Shown here in pieces: positions 9,107 through 18,495 of a stretch of 62,916 nt of DNA (the stretch's first letter is position 1; every line of letters starts with the position of its first letter). Where the stretch lies: assembly GCA_944329365.1 (NCBI GenBank), contig CALVIC010000004.1:1-62916 (forward strand), written 5' to 3'. Both the position numbers and the translations under genes were made by a program. Source of the DNA: an uncultured Bacilli bacterium (GTDB lineage Bacteria > Bacillota_I > Bacilli_A > RF39 > UBA660). Below the pieces are notes generated by a model. It did no database searches and was not told the origin of the DNA. It was given only the letters and a program-made list of their open reading frames with translations.

Positions 9107-10564
9107 ATGAATTACAAGGTAATGATCGGTCTTGAGATGCACTGCGAGATTAGTAAGACAAAGACTAAGGTATTTTCAAGTGCGAAGAATTCATTTAGTG
9201 AAACTCCTAACTGTAATGTTAGACCTGTGGATATGGCTTTTCCTGGTACTTTACCGGTTGTCAATAAGGAAGCTGTTAAAATGGCCCTTATGGCAAGTAT
9301 GATTTTAGGGTGCACGCAACCAGAGTATTTATATTTTGAAAGAAAGAATTATTATTATCCGGATTTACCAAAAGGTTTTCAAATTACGCAGGAAACTAAA
9401 CCCGCACCAGTTGGAAGTTATGGTAAGCTTACTTACGAGTGTAAGGGTGAAAAGAAAACAGTTAGAATAAATAATTTACATTTAGAAGAGGATGCTGCTT
9501 CTTCTGATCATTATACTAGTTGTTCAAGAATTAATTACAATAGAGCAGGAGTTCCTTTACTTGAGCTTGTTACGGAACCTGATTTTCATTCAGCTGATGA
9601 GGCAGTTGCTTTCTTAGAAGAGATGAGGAGTATTTATCAGTATGCAGGTATTTCTGAGGCTGATAGCAAAAAAGGTCAAGTTAGATGTGATGTCAATGTA
9701 TCTATTATGGATAAGAATTTGGATGATAGTGACCCAAATAACTGGGGAACTAAGGTTGAAATTAAAAACGTTAATTCATTTAGCGGAGTTAGAGATGCCA
9801 TAAACTATGAGATTCAAAGACAAATTGATTTGAAAGAAGACGGTAAATATGATGAGATGCCTCAGCAAACTCGTAGATGGGATGAGGAAAGTGCATCTAC
9901 AATATTTATGCGTGGAAAGGTCGATGCAATCGATTATAAGTATTTTGTCGAGCCTAATATTCCAAAGTTTAAGATTTCTAAAGAATGGCTTGAAGAAATT
10001 AGAAAGTCTATACCGATGCTTGCTCACGAGAGAAAAGATATGTATATGAAGGAATACGGAATTTCTGAATACGATGCTAGTATTTTAGTTAAGGAAAAAC
10101 CGGTAGCTGATTTCTTTGAGGAGACTTTAAATTTAGGAGCTAATCCAAAGAGTGCGTCTAATTGGATTACGACTAATTTACTTGGTAATTTAAATAAAAT
10201 GGAAATTACAATTGAAGAGTCTAAACTTACTCCTAGTCATTTAGCTGAACTTATTAAAATGGTCGAGGATGGAGAGATTTCTTCTCAGCAGGCTAAGGGT
10301 GTGTTTACCGAAAGTTTAGAGAGTGGTAAGAGTCCGAAGAAGATTGCTTCAGAAAAGGGGCTTAAACAGATTACGGATACTAGTGAGATTGAAAAAATCG
10401 TCAATGAAGTTTTGGATGAAAATCCTGATATTATCGAGCAATATAAGAATGGTAAAGTAGCTATGGTTAATTATTTAGTTGGCCAGGTTATGAAGAAGAC
10501 TCACGGAACGGCTAATCCAAGTTTAGCTCGTGATGTGATGGCCAAAGAGATAGAGAAGAGGTGA
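9107..10564 (+). CDS. gatB: Asp-tRNA(Asn)/Glu-tRNA(Gln) amidotransferase subunit B
   Basis: N-terminus IGLEMHCEI, NLHLEEDAAS, C-terminal YqeY-like tail; start abuts the gatA stop. Confidence 0.95.
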   Translation: MNYKVMIGLEMHCEISKTKTKVFSSAKNSFSETPNCNVRPVDMAFPGTLPVVNKEAVKMALMASMILGCTQPEYLYFERKNYYYPDLPKGFQITQETKPAPVGSYGKLTYECKGEKKTVRINNLHLEEDAASSDHYTSCSRINYNRAGVPLLELVTEPDFHSADEAVAFLEEMRSIYQYAGISEADSKKGQVRCDVNVSIMDKNLDDSDPNNWGTKVEIKNVNSFSGVRDAINYEIQRQIDLKEDGKYDEMPQQTRRWDEESASTIFMRGKVDAIDYKYFVEPNIPKFKISKEWLEEIRKSIPMLAHERKDMYMKEYGISEYDASILVKEKPVADFFEETLNLGANPKSASNWITTNLLGNLNKMEITIEESKLTPSHLAELIKMVEDGEISSQQAKGVFTESLESGKSPKKIASEKGLKQITDTSEIEKIVNEVLDENPDIIEQYKNGKVAMVNYLVGQVMKKTHGTANPSLARDVMAKEIEKR

Positions 10565-10568
10565 TATT

Positions 10569-12311
10569 TTGAATATTTATAGAACACAGTATAATAAAGA
10601 TCTATCTGAAGATTGTATCGGAAAAGAGATAAGAGCTTGCGGGTTTGTCGAGAATATTCGTGATCATGGAGGGGTTATATTTGTCGATGTTCGTGATGAG
10701 ACAGGAATGCTGCAAGTTGTAAGTAATGACGATAAGATGTTTGAGGGTTTAACTAAAGAGTCAGCGGTTACTTTAAAGGGTACGGTTCGAATGAGAGACG
10801 AAGAGAATTTCAATCCAAAGATTAGTACTGGAACAATCGAAGTTTTAGCTTCAGAGTTTAAAGTTTTAGGTAAAGCTAATAACGAACTTCCTTTTGAAAT
10901 AATTACTTCAAAGAATGTTAATGAAGAAGTTAGACTTAAATATAGATATTTAGATTTAAGAAATCCAAAGGTTCATGAGGTTATTAAGTTTAGAAGTGAA
11001 GTTATCAAGTTTTTGAGAAATAAAATGGATAGTTTAGGTTTTACGGAGATTCAAACACCAATTTTAACAGTTTCTTCTCCAGAAGGCGCGCGCGATTATT
11101 TAGTTCCTTCTCGTAAATATAAAGGTAAGTTTTATGCACTTCCACAAGCACCACAACAATTTAAACAACTTTTGATGGTTGCTGGATTTGATAAATATTA
11201 TCAAATCGCTCCTTGTTTTAGAGATGAGGATGCTAGAGCTGATAGATCACCGGGTGAGTTTTATCAACTTGATATGGAAATGGCTTTTGCGACAGCAGAA
11301 GATGTATACGAGGTATCTGAAGAGGTTGTTTACGAGACTTTTAAAAAGTTTTCTAATAAAGAAGTTTCTCCAAGACCGTTTAAGAGAATTCCTTATAGAG
11401 AAGCAATGCTTAAGTATGGTACTGATAAGCCTGATTTAAGAAATCCACTTGAAATTATAGATTTAACTGAGGTATTTAAAAATACAACTTTTAAACCTTT
11501 TTCTGGTTCATGTGTTAGAGGTATTACAGTTCATGATATTGCTTCTAAGCCAAATTCTTGGTTTAACGAGCTTGTTGCATATGCGTCAAGTATTGGAATG
11601 CCAGGTATTGGATATATAAGCGTTTTAGATGATATGAGTTTTAAAGGACCTATTGATAAGTTTTTAACTGATGAAGAGCGAAAGGGACTTATAGAAAAAG
11701 CTTCTTTAAAGAAAGGCTCAGTACTATTCTTTATTGCCGATAAGAAGGAAAAAACAGCTTCAATTCAGGCAGGAATGATTAGAACAGAGCTTGGTAAGAA
11801 GTTAGATCTAATTGATAATAACAAATTTGAATTCTGTTTTATTACAGATTTTCCGATGTATGAATACGATGATACTTTGGGAAAATATATATTTATGCAT
11901 AATCCATTTAGTATGCCAAAAGGCGGACTTGAAGGACTTGATAATCCAAATATAGAAGATATTTTAGCTGATCAATATGATATCGTGTGCAACGGCGTGG
12001 AGCTTTCTTCTGGAGCTGTTAGAAATCACGATGTAGCAGTTATGGAAAAAGCGTTTGAGATAGCTGGTTATACTAAGGAAGATGTAAAGAATAGATTTAA
12101 ATCCTTATATACAGCTTTCCATTATGGGGCACCACCTCATGCAGGTATCGCACCAGGTATTGATAGAATGATTATGCTACTTAAAGATGAGCCAAATATT
12201 AGAGAGGTTATTGCATTTCCACTTAACAGTAATGCTCAAGATGTGATGATGGACGCACCTTCAGAAATTAGTGAGGCTCAGCTTAGAGAGGTTCATATTA
12301 AGATTAGATAA
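10569..12311 (+). CDS. aspS: aspartate--tRNA ligase, bacterial type. I infer it is non-discriminating from its context
   Basis: Class IIb motifs (FYALPQAPQQFKQLLM, CFRDEDARADR, GIAPGIDR). TTG start 4 nt after gatB. Confidence 0.9.
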   Translation: MNIYRTQYNKDLSEDCIGKEIRACGFVENIRDHGGVIFVDVRDETGMLQVVSNDDKMFEGLTKESAVTLKGTVRMRDEENFNPKISTGTIEVLASEFKVLGKANNELPFEIITSKNVNEEVRLKYRYLDLRNPKVHEVIKFRSEVIKFLRNKMDSLGFTEIQTPILTVSSPEGARDYLVPSRKYKGKFYALPQAPQQFKQLLMVAGFDKYYQIAPCFRDEDARADRSPGEFYQLDMEMAFATAEDVYEVSEEVVYETFKKFSNKEVSPRPFKRIPYREAMLKYGTDKPDLRNPLEIIDLTEVFKNTTFKPFSGSCVRGITVHDIASKPNSWFNELVAYASSIGMPGIGYISVLDDMSFKGPIDKFLTDEERKGLIEKASLKKGSVLFFIADKKEKTASIQAGMIRTELGKKLDLIDNNKFEFCFITDFPMYEYDDTLGKYIFMHNPFSMPKGGLEGLDNPNIEDILADQYDIVCNGVELSSGAVRNHDVAVMEKAFEIAGYTKEDVKNRFKSLYTAFHYGAPPHAGIAPGIDRMIMLLKDEPNIREVIAFPLNSNAQDVMMDAPSEISEAQLREVHIKIR

Positions 12312-12335
12312 TATGAACTTTTTTTCATAAATTAA

Positions 12336-12363
12336 TTGACTTTGTTTTGTTTTAGTTTATACT
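12336..12363 (+). promoter_or_regulatory. sigma-A-type promoter candidate
   Basis: TTGACT (12336-12341), 16-nt spacer, TATACT (12358-12363), upstream of the vWA gene. Confidence 0.5.
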
Positions 12364-12388
12364 AGATGCTGGTAAATGGAGGTGGACA

Positions 12389-13174
12389 ATGGGAACTTTA
12401 AAAAAAGAAAGCAATGACAATTTAATAAAAATAAAAGACGAGATTGACTTAGACATTAATAATATAAAAATGTTTTTAAGTTCTGAAGTAGAGGGATGTG
12501 CGGAAGCTGAACTTGATTTGACTATTAAGAATTTTTTTAAAAAGAGTATAGATGTAATGTTTGTTTTTGACAGAAGTGGTTCTTGTGCGGGTACAGAAAT
12601 TGATATGATTAGAGGATTTAATAGTTTTATTAAACACGAAAAAGAAAAGAAAAACAATGATTTTATTACGGTGTCTTTATTTAATCAGGAAAATAAGATT
12701 GTGTATGATAGAGCTTCAACAAATAAAATTAGCGAATTTGAGTATCAAGTTTATGGGAATACAGCTCTTTATGATAGTGTGTGCGAAGGGCTTATGAGAC
12801 TTCAAGAAAATCATGATGATACAGAAGTTATAGTTGTTATTATGACTGATGGTGAGGATAATTCAAGTTATAAATATGATGTTAATATGACAAAAGAACT
12901 TATTTCAAGTCTGAAAAATCAAGGGTGGCATTTTATCTTCTTAGGCGCAATGGACTATGCAAAAAAATATGCATCTTTGCTTGGAATTGATAAAAAATAT
13001 GCGGAAATTTACAGTCCTGAGGCAGTATACATGAACTTTAAAGCTATCGAAAAAGTTGTCGATGATGTTCATGATCGTGGTAAGGTTAGTGAAGATTGGG
13101 CAGAGTCAGTTATTGATGCAAGATATCAGATTGAAGGTAGAAAAGATAGTCATGTTAAAAGACTTGGAAGATGA
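12389..13174 (+). CDS. cytosolic von Willebrand factor A (vWA) domain protein
   Basis: MIDAS residues DRSGS, GNTALYD and MTDGEDN. No signal peptide. RBS GGAGGTGG. Confidence 0.8.
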   Translation: MGTLKKESNDNLIKIKDEIDLDINNIKMFLSSEVEGCAEAELDLTIKNFFKKSIDVMFVFDRSGSCAGTEIDMIRGFNSFIKHEKEKKNNDFITVSLFNQENKIVYDRASTNKISEFEYQVYGNTALYDSVCEGLMRLQENHDDTEVIVVIMTDGEDNSSYKYDVNMTKELISSLKNQGWHFIFLGAMDYAKKYASLLGIDKKYAEIYSPEAVYMNFKAIEKVVDDVHDRGKVSEDWAESVIDARYQIEGRKDSHVKRLGR

Positions 13175-13209
13175 AAATAAACAATTTATTTTAAGTAGGA
13201 GAAAATTTA

Positions 13210-14004
13210 ATGAGAAGTGATTTTAAAGATTATTATAAGATACTTGATGTTTCTAAAAATGCTACTTCGGATGAGATAAATAGGGCTTTTAGGAAGTTGT
13301 CTCGTAAGTATCATCCTGATATTTCAAAAGAAGAGAATGCGGAAGAGGTTTATAAAATAATAAATGAGGCGTATGAGGTTTTAGGTGATGAAGAAAAAAG
13401 ACGGGAGTATGATTTTCTTTATCATGATTATTTAAATTATTTTAATTCAGATTTTAGAGATGAGAAGGAACGAGTTATATTAAAGGTTCAAATCGTTAAG
13501 ATTTTAAAAGTATGTGATTTTTTAAATAAAGAATACGAGATTATAATGAATAATAATACAGGTGAAGATATAAAGAAAAATATCGAAAATTTAAATGAAT
13601 GTTTAGCTTTTATAAATAAGAAAATTAAATTTTTAATAGAAAATTTATCTTCAAATAATTTAACTCAAGAAAAAAGCTTATTAATAGAAAAATACAGGTA
13701 TAATATTGAATGTATCAATAATTTAAAGGTTAAACTTTTAGAGAGATATAATGATTTAATTTTGTGCTACATTGATCAAATAGATTATTTTATATTATCT
13801 GTAAATAGTAATTCTTATGAAAAAATTACAAAGCTTAAAGTGGAAATTGATGATTTTGTAATGGAACTTAATGATGTGAATGCCTTTGATATTCAAGATA
13901 ATTTGATAAAACTTAAACAACGCATCACTTTATTAGATAATTTACTTTTAACGATAGATGATAGGAAGAAAGATAATACAAAAGTTAAAAAATTACATTT
14001 ATAA
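13210..14004 (+). CDS. J-domain protein with an Asn/Ile/Leu-rich, coiled-coil-like C-terminal region
   Basis: DYYKILDV...YHPD...[16 protein letters not shown] (HPD motif intact). No DnaJ Gly/Phe or zinc-finger regions. Starts 35 nt after the vWA gene. Confidence 0.85.
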   Translation: MRSDFKDYYKILDVSKNATSDEINRAFRKLSRKYHPDISKEENAEEVYKIINEAYEVLGDEEKRREYDFLYHDYLNYFNSDFRDEKERVILKVQIVKILKVCDFLNKEYEIIMNNNTGEDIKKNIENLNECLAFINKKIKFLIENLSSNNLTQEKSLLIEKYRYNIECINNLKVKLLERYNDLILCYIDQIDYFILSVNSNSYEKITKLKVEIDDFVMELNDVNAFDIQDNLIKLKQRITLLDNLLLTIDDRKKDNTKVKKLHL

Positions 14005-14133
14005 TGTTTTAATGATTATTTTTTTGAAAATTTGGTTAGATTTTTTTCATTCGGACAAAATAACGGTACGTTCAGACATGGATGTATTTTTATTTTTAAT
14101 TTTACGTTATACTGAATAAAGTAGGTGGGTTTT

Positions 14134-14670
14134 ATGTTAGAAGAAGATAGATGTAAAAAATGCGGAGCTAAGTTAGTCCATGGACAGTGTTTTGATTGCA
14201 AAGATTTAAAGGTTATCGAAAAGGGTTATATTATGGTAATCAATAAGGATGATCAAAAAATTTACAATAAAAGGTTTGAGGTGATGTATAATAACAAAGA
14301 TTTTATTTTGTCTTTTGTTTTAGGCCTGATGTATGCTTCTTTTAGTGGTCATATAATAATTGGAATGAGCGGAGCGTTTATCGATGTTTTACTTGTTTGG
14401 TTATTTTCGATAATTATGAGAGCAGATGTATTTGTTACAATAGTTTTTGCTGGATGCTTTTTGATTTTTAGGATTATATGTGGGTTTGTTTTAAATAAGG
14501 TTTGTATTCAGGTTGATCAGGTGAAGATAAACAAGATAAAAGTAAAGTACCGAAAAGGTTATAAACAGGTTTTAAAAAGCCACAATCCCGATGGAAAGAT
14601 TTATTTAGTTAGTACACTTATATTATTTGTGTCTTTACTTTGTGGACTATTTTGGTTTAGGTTGTCATAA
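14134..14670 (+). CDS. membrane protein with an N-terminal zinc ribbon
   Basis: CKKCGAKLVHGQCFDC (CxxC-x7-CxxC) followed by about 4 hydrophobic helices. I chose the ATG at 14134, which has RBS AGGTGG. Confidence 0.65.
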   Translation: MLEEDRCKKCGAKLVHGQCFDCKDLKVIEKGYIMVINKDDQKIYNKRFEVMYNNKDFILSFVLGLMYASFSGHIIIGMSGAFIDVLLVWLFSIIMRADVFVTIVFAGCFLIFRIICGFVLNKVCIQVDQVKINKIKVKYRKGYKQVLKSHNPDGKIYLVSTLILFVSLLCGLFWFRLS

Positions 14671-14686
14671 GTTTTATTAGAATTTA

Positions 14687-14717
14687 GAAGTCAAGCTTTT
14701 GATTGTTTGACTTTTTT
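14687..14717 (+). terminator. rho-independent terminator
   Basis: Stem AGTCAA / TTGACT with a 12-nt loop, then TTTTTT. Confidence 0.55.
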
Positions 14718-14733
14718 GCGTAAAGGAGGGTCT

Positions 14734-15735
14734 ATGAAAAAGATTGCAGTTTGCTTGCCAAGCTATAATGAAGAGGACAATATCGAAAATATTACGATGA
14801 AAATTGATAAGGCATTAAGAAGTGTGAGTAAGAATTATAGATGTGTGATTGTAAACTGTGATAGTGGTAGTACTGATAAGACAAATGAGATTTTTAGAAA
14901 TCTTAAGACGAGGGTAAAAAAGATATCTATCTTAAATAAGGAGAAAGGTAAGGGCGTTAATATTATAAGTTTTATGGATTATTGTTATAAAAATAATATT
15001 GATTATGCTTTTACTTTTGATGCGGATTTGACTAGTTTTGAAGAGGAGTGGATTTATAAAATTTTAGATAAGCTTAAGGATAATGATTTTGTGGTTCCAA
15101 TTTATAAAAGACGAAGGTATGAGGGAAATACAACAAATCATTTGATGATCCCACTTATTTATTATTACTACGGAGTGATAGTTAGACAACCGATAGGTGG
15201 TGATTATGGATTTAACAAAAGTTATATAAAAAAATTTCAAAAGTATAAAACTGATTTTATTAGAGGTTACGGAATAGATATTTTTATGTTTTTATTAGCT
15301 TTAAAGGAAGTCCGAGTTAGTGAAGTAAGTCTCGGTTTTAAAAGACATAAACCTAGTTATGGAAAGATGGAGAAGATTTTTAAAGAGGTTTTAATAAGTT
15401 TTGATAAAACGAGAAAGTATTTAGGCGATATAGATAATATTAGTTTTAGTGGTGAGGGCATACTTTCAATCGATTCTTCGTTAGATGAAGAGTTTTATGA
15501 TCATTATCGGGTCCGAGATACTTATAATTTTAAGTTGGAAGAGAGTAATTGGGTTTTAACTTTAAAGAAGTATTTGAATTATTCGAGGATAGATAATTTA
15601 TCTGAATTTTTGATAAGTTTTAAGTGCTACACAAGAGCTTATTGGAGAGAGTTTAAGGATAAGAGCCCTGAGGAGTGTGAAAGACAGATTTACGATTTAG
15701 CTTATTTATTAAAGGAGGAAAAGGTGTGCTTATAA
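14734..15735 (+). CDS. GT-A fold glycosyltransferase (GT2 / GpgS-like)
   Basis: IAVCLPSYNEEDNIE N-terminus, DADL (DxD), RRRYEGNTTNHL segment. I chose the ATG at 14734 with RBS AAAGGAGGG, because the track start at 14707 lies in the terminator. Confidence 0.8.
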   Translation: MKKIAVCLPSYNEEDNIENITMKIDKALRSVSKNYRCVIVNCDSGSTDKTNEIFRNLKTRVKKISILNKEKGKGVNIISFMDYCYKNNIDYAFTFDADLTSFEEEWIYKILDKLKDNDFVVPIYKRRRYEGNTTNHLMIPLIYYYYGVIVRQPIGGDYGFNKSYIKKFQKYKTDFIRGYGIDIFMFLLALKEVRVSEVSLGFKRHKPSYGKMEKIFKEVLISFDKTRKYLGDIDNISFSGEGILSIDSSLDEEFYDHYRVRDTYNFKLEESNWVLTLKKYLNYSRIDNLSEFLISFKCYTRAYWREFKDKSPEECERQIYDLAYLLKEEKVCL

Positions 15736-16916
15736 TTAGAGATGATTATGTTAGTCCAGAAGATAATTTAATAGAGATTACCGAAAGAAAAGGTATTGGA
15801 CACCCTGATACTTTAGCGGATATGCTAGCCCTTGAATGTTCAAAGGCTTATGCTAAATTTTGTCTTAAAAATTATGGCTGTGTTTTACATTATAATTTGG
15901 ATAAGCTTTATATTGGTGCTGGACTTTTTAAGTATGAAAGAGGGAGGGTTATAAAGAAAAGTAATATTATAGTTAATTTAAATGGAAGAGTTACAAATTC
16001 GATGAATGGCGAGATGATAGATTTAGATTCTATTTTTAAACCGGTTATAAAGAAGTATTTGAAAACGGTTTTACCGAGGCTCGATGTGGAAAATGATTTA
16101 ACGATAAATATAAATTCGACGCAGAATACAAAAAGAGATTATTGGTATAGTCCAAGAGATATCAACGATGTTCCAGATTATAAAAATGTGACGGCGGGCG
16201 ATACGGCTTTATGTGTGGCTCATGGTGATTTTACTTTTTGCGAGAGGCTTGCTTTATATTTAGAAAGCATTTTATATGATAAGACTATAGAAGGTTATAT
16301 GAGTCCTAAATATAAGGATATAGGACAAGATATAAAGTTTATGGTTTCAAGAATTGGCAAAAAGGTTGAGGTAACTATTTGTCTTCCAGTTTTGAGAGGT
16401 TGCTACAAAAATGATATGGAGTACGATAAGATTATTAAAAAATATGAAAGAATTTTTTATAAATCTTTAGATAATTTCGATAATCCTAGGGGATATCAGG
16501 TTGTCATTCGAGTTAATTACAAGGATGATGGAATGATAGATAAGTATACTTTATGTATTGGAACTTGCGCGGAATGTGGGGAGGAAGGAATTGTCGGTAG
16601 AGGTAATGATGGCCAAGGACTTATTTCAGCGTTTAGGCCACATACTGTCGAGGCGCCGTTTGGAAAAAATGTGAGATATCATACAGGTTATGTAGTTTCT
16701 TTTATGGCTCAAAGAGCGGCTTCGAGGATATACAAGGAACTTGGGGTAAAATGTATGATTTATGCAATAACAAGAAACCGTAATTCTTTATATGATCCTT
16801 ATGTGTTTTATTTGAGTGTCGATAATAAACAGGATGAAGGGAAGATAAGAGAGATTATTTTATCTGAATTCAACAAGGATTATTTAGATAAGATTTTTGA
16901 AAAGGAGCTGGTTTAA
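15726..16916 (+). CDS. archaeal-type S-adenosylmethionine synthetase (MAT) homologue
   Basis: ERKGIGHPDTLAD, LHYNLDKLYIGAG, IGQDIKFMV, GTCAECGEEGIVGRGN and FRPHTVEAPFGKN match, from memory, the conserved blocks of Methanocaldococcus-type MAT. GTG start overlaps the GT gene by 10 nt. Confidence 0.75.
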   Translation: MLIIRDDYVSPEDNLIEITERKGIGHPDTLADMLALECSKAYAKFCLKNYGCVLHYNLDKLYIGAGLFKYERGRVIKKSNIIVNLNGRVTNSMNGEMIDLDSIFKPVIKKYLKTVLPRLDVENDLTININSTQNTKRDYWYSPRDINDVPDYKNVTAGDTALCVAHGDFTFCERLALYLESILYDKTIEGYMSPKYKDIGQDIKFMVSRIGKKVEVTICLPVLRGCYKNDMEYDKIIKKYERIFYKSLDNFDNPRGYQVVIRVNYKDDGMIDKYTLCIGTCAECGEEGIVGRGNDGQGLISAFRPHTVEAPFGKNVRYHTGYVVSFMAQRAASRIYKELGVKCMIYAITRNRNSLYDPYVFYLSVDNKQDEGKIREIILSEFNKDYLDKIFEKELV

Positions 16917-17870
16917 GTGGAGGAGTTTTGTTTAGAGAGCTGCGGAGCTAAATGTGCGGTTATAAGTGATCAAAATTTAAGAGAGTTTTTCGAGAAAAAC
17001 AAAGATTATATGAATATTCCGGATTTAAAAACTCTGGACGATAGTTTTAAAGCAAAAGATGTGTTTATTTATTTAGATTGTAAACCTTCTGAAGAGGCGA
17101 TTAAATGCGGAGAGAACTGTATTTATATGCGTTATCCGAAGAGTGAGCTTACTGACTCTAATATTGCTTATGTTGTTCGTTATTTACTTGAAAAGCAATA
17201 TGGTGAAGATAACAAAGCTACTTGTCATTCGGCATGTGTATCAAAAGATGGCTATGGTATTTTGCTTTTGGGCGGGGCAGGTAGTGGTAAAACTAGTATG
17301 GCGGTTAATATGTGCCTTCAAAAAGGTTATAAGCTTGTCAGTAATGATCAGACAGTAATTGGACTTTTTAATAACAATTTATATGCTTACGGAGGAACGA
17401 AGTTTATTAATTTTAGGTATTCTTCAGTTACGGAAAATATGCCTTATTTAGAGAAGAGGATTTTTCCGGAGATTCCCGAGGATGTGTGGAATGAAAAGAA
17501 GCTTGTTTTAGGAAAAGACGTGGGAATGGAATTAGAAGATAGACCGGTTTTGATTAATCAGGTGGATGTTATTCAAATTGATAACAGAAAAAAGAGGCTT
17601 GGAGTTAAATCGGGAGAGAGCTGGAAGAATAACTTTTTACTTTACAATATTCTTTCAGAAAATATTAGAAATACGACGTCAACTATCGTCGATAAAAGAG
17701 GTAAACCAATCGGTTATGTTCCTTCATATGATAGCGAAGAGCTTTTTAAAAGTAGATGTGAAATGATGAAGATTATAAATAATAGTTGTTTTGATGTTTT
17801 AAGTGGTCCACTTGATAAGGCGATAGATTATATAGATAATAAAAATAAAATTTTGAGAAAGGAGATGTAA
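16917..17870 (+). CDS. HPr-kinase C-terminal-like P-loop protein
   Basis: HSACVSKDGYGILLLGGAGSGKTSMAVNMCLQKGYKLVSNDQTVI parallels the HprK Walker A region and the following xxADD. GTG start lies directly after the MAT-like stop. Confidence 0.65.
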   Translation: MEEFCLESCGAKCAVISDQNLREFFEKNKDYMNIPDLKTLDDSFKAKDVFIYLDCKPSEEAIKCGENCIYMRYPKSELTDSNIAYVVRYLLEKQYGEDNKATCHSACVSKDGYGILLLGGAGSGKTSMAVNMCLQKGYKLVSNDQTVIGLFNNNLYAYGGTKFINFRYSSVTENMPYLEKRIFPEIPEDVWNEKKLVLGKDVGMELEDRPVLINQVDVIQIDNRKKRLGVKSGESWKNNFLLYNILSENIRNTTSTIVDKRGKPIGYVPSYDSEELFKSRCEMMKIINNSCFDVLSGPLDKAIDYIDNKNKILRKEM

Positions 17871-17872
17871 AT

Positions 17873-18364
17873 ATGCGAGATATTAAGTTTAAAGAAGGGG
17901 ACGATTTATTCAATTATAGAGTAGCGGCAATTATCGAAAACAAGGGTAAATATTTATTCCAAATAATGCCTGGCGATGAGTGTTTTACTTTAGTTGGAGG
18001 TAGAGTCCGGTTTATGGAAACTTCTAGGGATGCTTTAATAAGGGAAGTTTTGGAGGAGACTGGCTATGACATCAGTAGAGCGGAGATAAAACTTTCACTT
18101 ATTGCCGAAAATTTTTTCGATTATAAAGATAAAAATGAGGTTGTACACAACGTTCAGACTTTACTTTTTGTTTATAAGGTAGATATCGATGAAGACGTGA
18201 TTAAGGAGAAAAGTTTTGTAATGAAAGATAAGGATGATACAACTTTAAACTGGGTAAGTTATGATGAGGCCAAAAAGGCTGAGATATTACCGGAGACGGC
18301 AAAACGTATTTTAGATGACGATTGTTTAAAATATGAACTTATAAATGACAGGCAATTTAGTTAG
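17873..18364 (+). CDS. NUDIX hydrolase
   Basis: Nudix box GGRVRFMETSRDALIREVLEETGYD. ATG 2 nt after the preceding stop. Confidence 0.85.
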   Translation: MRDIKFKEGDDLFNYRVAAIIENKGKYLFQIMPGDECFTLVGGRVRFMETSRDALIREVLEETGYDISRAEIKLSLIAENFFDYKDKNEVVHNVQTLLFVYKVDIDEDVIKEKSFVMKDKDDTTLNWVSYDEAKKAEILPETAKRILDDDCLKYELINDRQFS

Positions 18365-18399
18365 AATATATAAAACTGTGAAAGATTCAATAAAAAACT

Positions 18400-18426
18400 C
18401 GTTTTTCCTTTAAAAAACGGTTTTTT
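18400..18426 (+). terminator. rho-independent terminator
   Basis: Stem CGTTTTT / AAAAACG with a 6-nt loop, then GTTTTTT. Confidence 0.65.
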
Positions 18427-18466
18427 ATTATAATATAAGTCTTAAACAAAATAATTTTACCATAAT

Positions 18467-18493
18467 AAAAAGCCTAATAAAGTTTGGCTTTTT
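18467..18493 (-). terminator. rho-independent terminator (usable in both directions)
   Basis: Stem AAAAAGCC / GGCTTTTT with an 11-nt loop, directly after the stop of the minus-strand ORF. Confidence 0.6.
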
Positions 18494-18495
18494 GG

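Noticed and set aside
12312-12330. AT-only hairpin TATGAA/TTCATA after aspS as a possible terminator. A similar AT-only stem follows the GH25 gene at ~27362-27395.
   Set aside because: The stems are 6-8 bp of A-T pairs only, so stability is too low to call with confidence.
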